Below are positions 19,462 to 20,000 of a stretch of DNA of 20,000 nucleotides, in pieces. Position 1 is the stretch's first letter. Each line of letters starts with the position of its first letter. This DNA comes from Chiloscyllium plagiosum. Taxonomy: Eukaryota. The notes under the pieces are model-generated. The model had not been told where the DNA came from. It did no database searches and was given only the letters and a program-made list of their open reading frames with translations. The position numbers and the translations under genes were made by a program. Location: positions 4,906,209 to 4,926,208 of the forward strand of contig NC_057756.1 in the NCBI RefSeq assembly GCF_004010195.1, in the 5' to 3' direction.

Positions 19462-19822
19462 CAGAGGAACTTTGATCATCCAAATATCAATTATCCGAAT
19501 ATCGGGTTATCCGAAGGAGATCTCGAGGTCCCGATAGAAACATTACATCAAAGACGTGTTTCCAACACTGATAACGTCTTTTGTTTACAATGATTAAAGG
19601 TGAACGTGGCTTACTGAAATGCTACCGAGAACAGTGCTGGACTGATGGGAGCCCAGGCACCGCCTCCAAATGACTGACCGCACTCCCTCTCTCTATCCCC
19701 CCAGACTTTCCCTGGAGTTCTACATAGTGGTGTTCCCTAAACCCCACGTCCCCAGATAATCTCTCCAACACTGTCCTGTACAGGGCAAACGTGGAACCTG
19801 TCAAAAAGTTGCAGTAAAACGT
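19462..19822 (+). mobile_element. Second Tigger/pogo-like element, left end only
   Basis: TA|CAGAGGAACTTTGATCATCCAAATATCAATTATCCGAA matches the left end of 16099-17004. The right TIR is not in the window. Confidence 0.78.
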
Positions 19823-20000
19823 TTGTGTGCGTGTGCCTGTGTGTCTGTGTGAGAGAGTAAGTGTGTGTGTGTGTCTGTGGGTGTGTGGGGGTGTCTGTGT
19901 CTCTGTGTTTGTGTGTGTCTGTATCTGTGTGAGAGAGTATGTGTGGATATGTGTGTGTATGTATGTGTGTGTATGTGTTTGTGTGTGTATGTGTGTGTGT
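19823..20000. repeat. Imperfect (GT)n microsatellite
   Basis: Interrupted gtgt run continuing to the window end. Confidence 0.95.

Noticed and set aside
1..20000. Prokaryotic systems (CRISPR array, operons, defence islands)
   Set aside because: No regularly spaced repeats or dense ORFs; the sequence is vertebrate intronic and intergenic DNA.

Overview
This is repeat-rich eukaryotic genomic DNA, almost certainly from a shark: it has eight HE1-type V-SINEs, CR1 LINE 3' ends and Penelope-like element (PLE) remnants. The young HE1 subfamily resembles bamboo/carpet-shark copies, but the species is inferred. The minus strand carries the 3' part of a CEACAM-like Ig-superfamily receptor gene, assembled by hand into a phase-consistent GT-AG model: IgC2 A-type exon 15983-15708, IgC2 B-type exon 15606-15349, TM exon 13863-13740 and cytoplasmic micro-exons 11414-11359, 7895-7831, 5629-5588 and 5458-5416. 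The signal peptide and N-domain exons must lie beyond base 20000. The predicted tail is KRKKDENEAQTQGQHERNFSQTANEYCTVLDENSAAIYENIPRTEKESDTNLPDGNAFYLELQP*DLTVYCELT. It contains a CEACAM3-style exon-split ITAM (YLEL-x7-YCEL) interrupted by an in-frame TAA, plus a second ITAM-like pair (YCTV-x8-YENI). The introns hold several PLE remnants with GIY-YIG traces, often as inverted foldbacks, whose termini carry mostly decayed minimal hammerhead-ribozyme motifs. There are also Tigger/pogo-like TIR elements, a 113/114-bp tandem duplication of the TM-exon donor region and a terminal (GT)n repeat. Everything was read by eye, and repeat boundaries are approximate.
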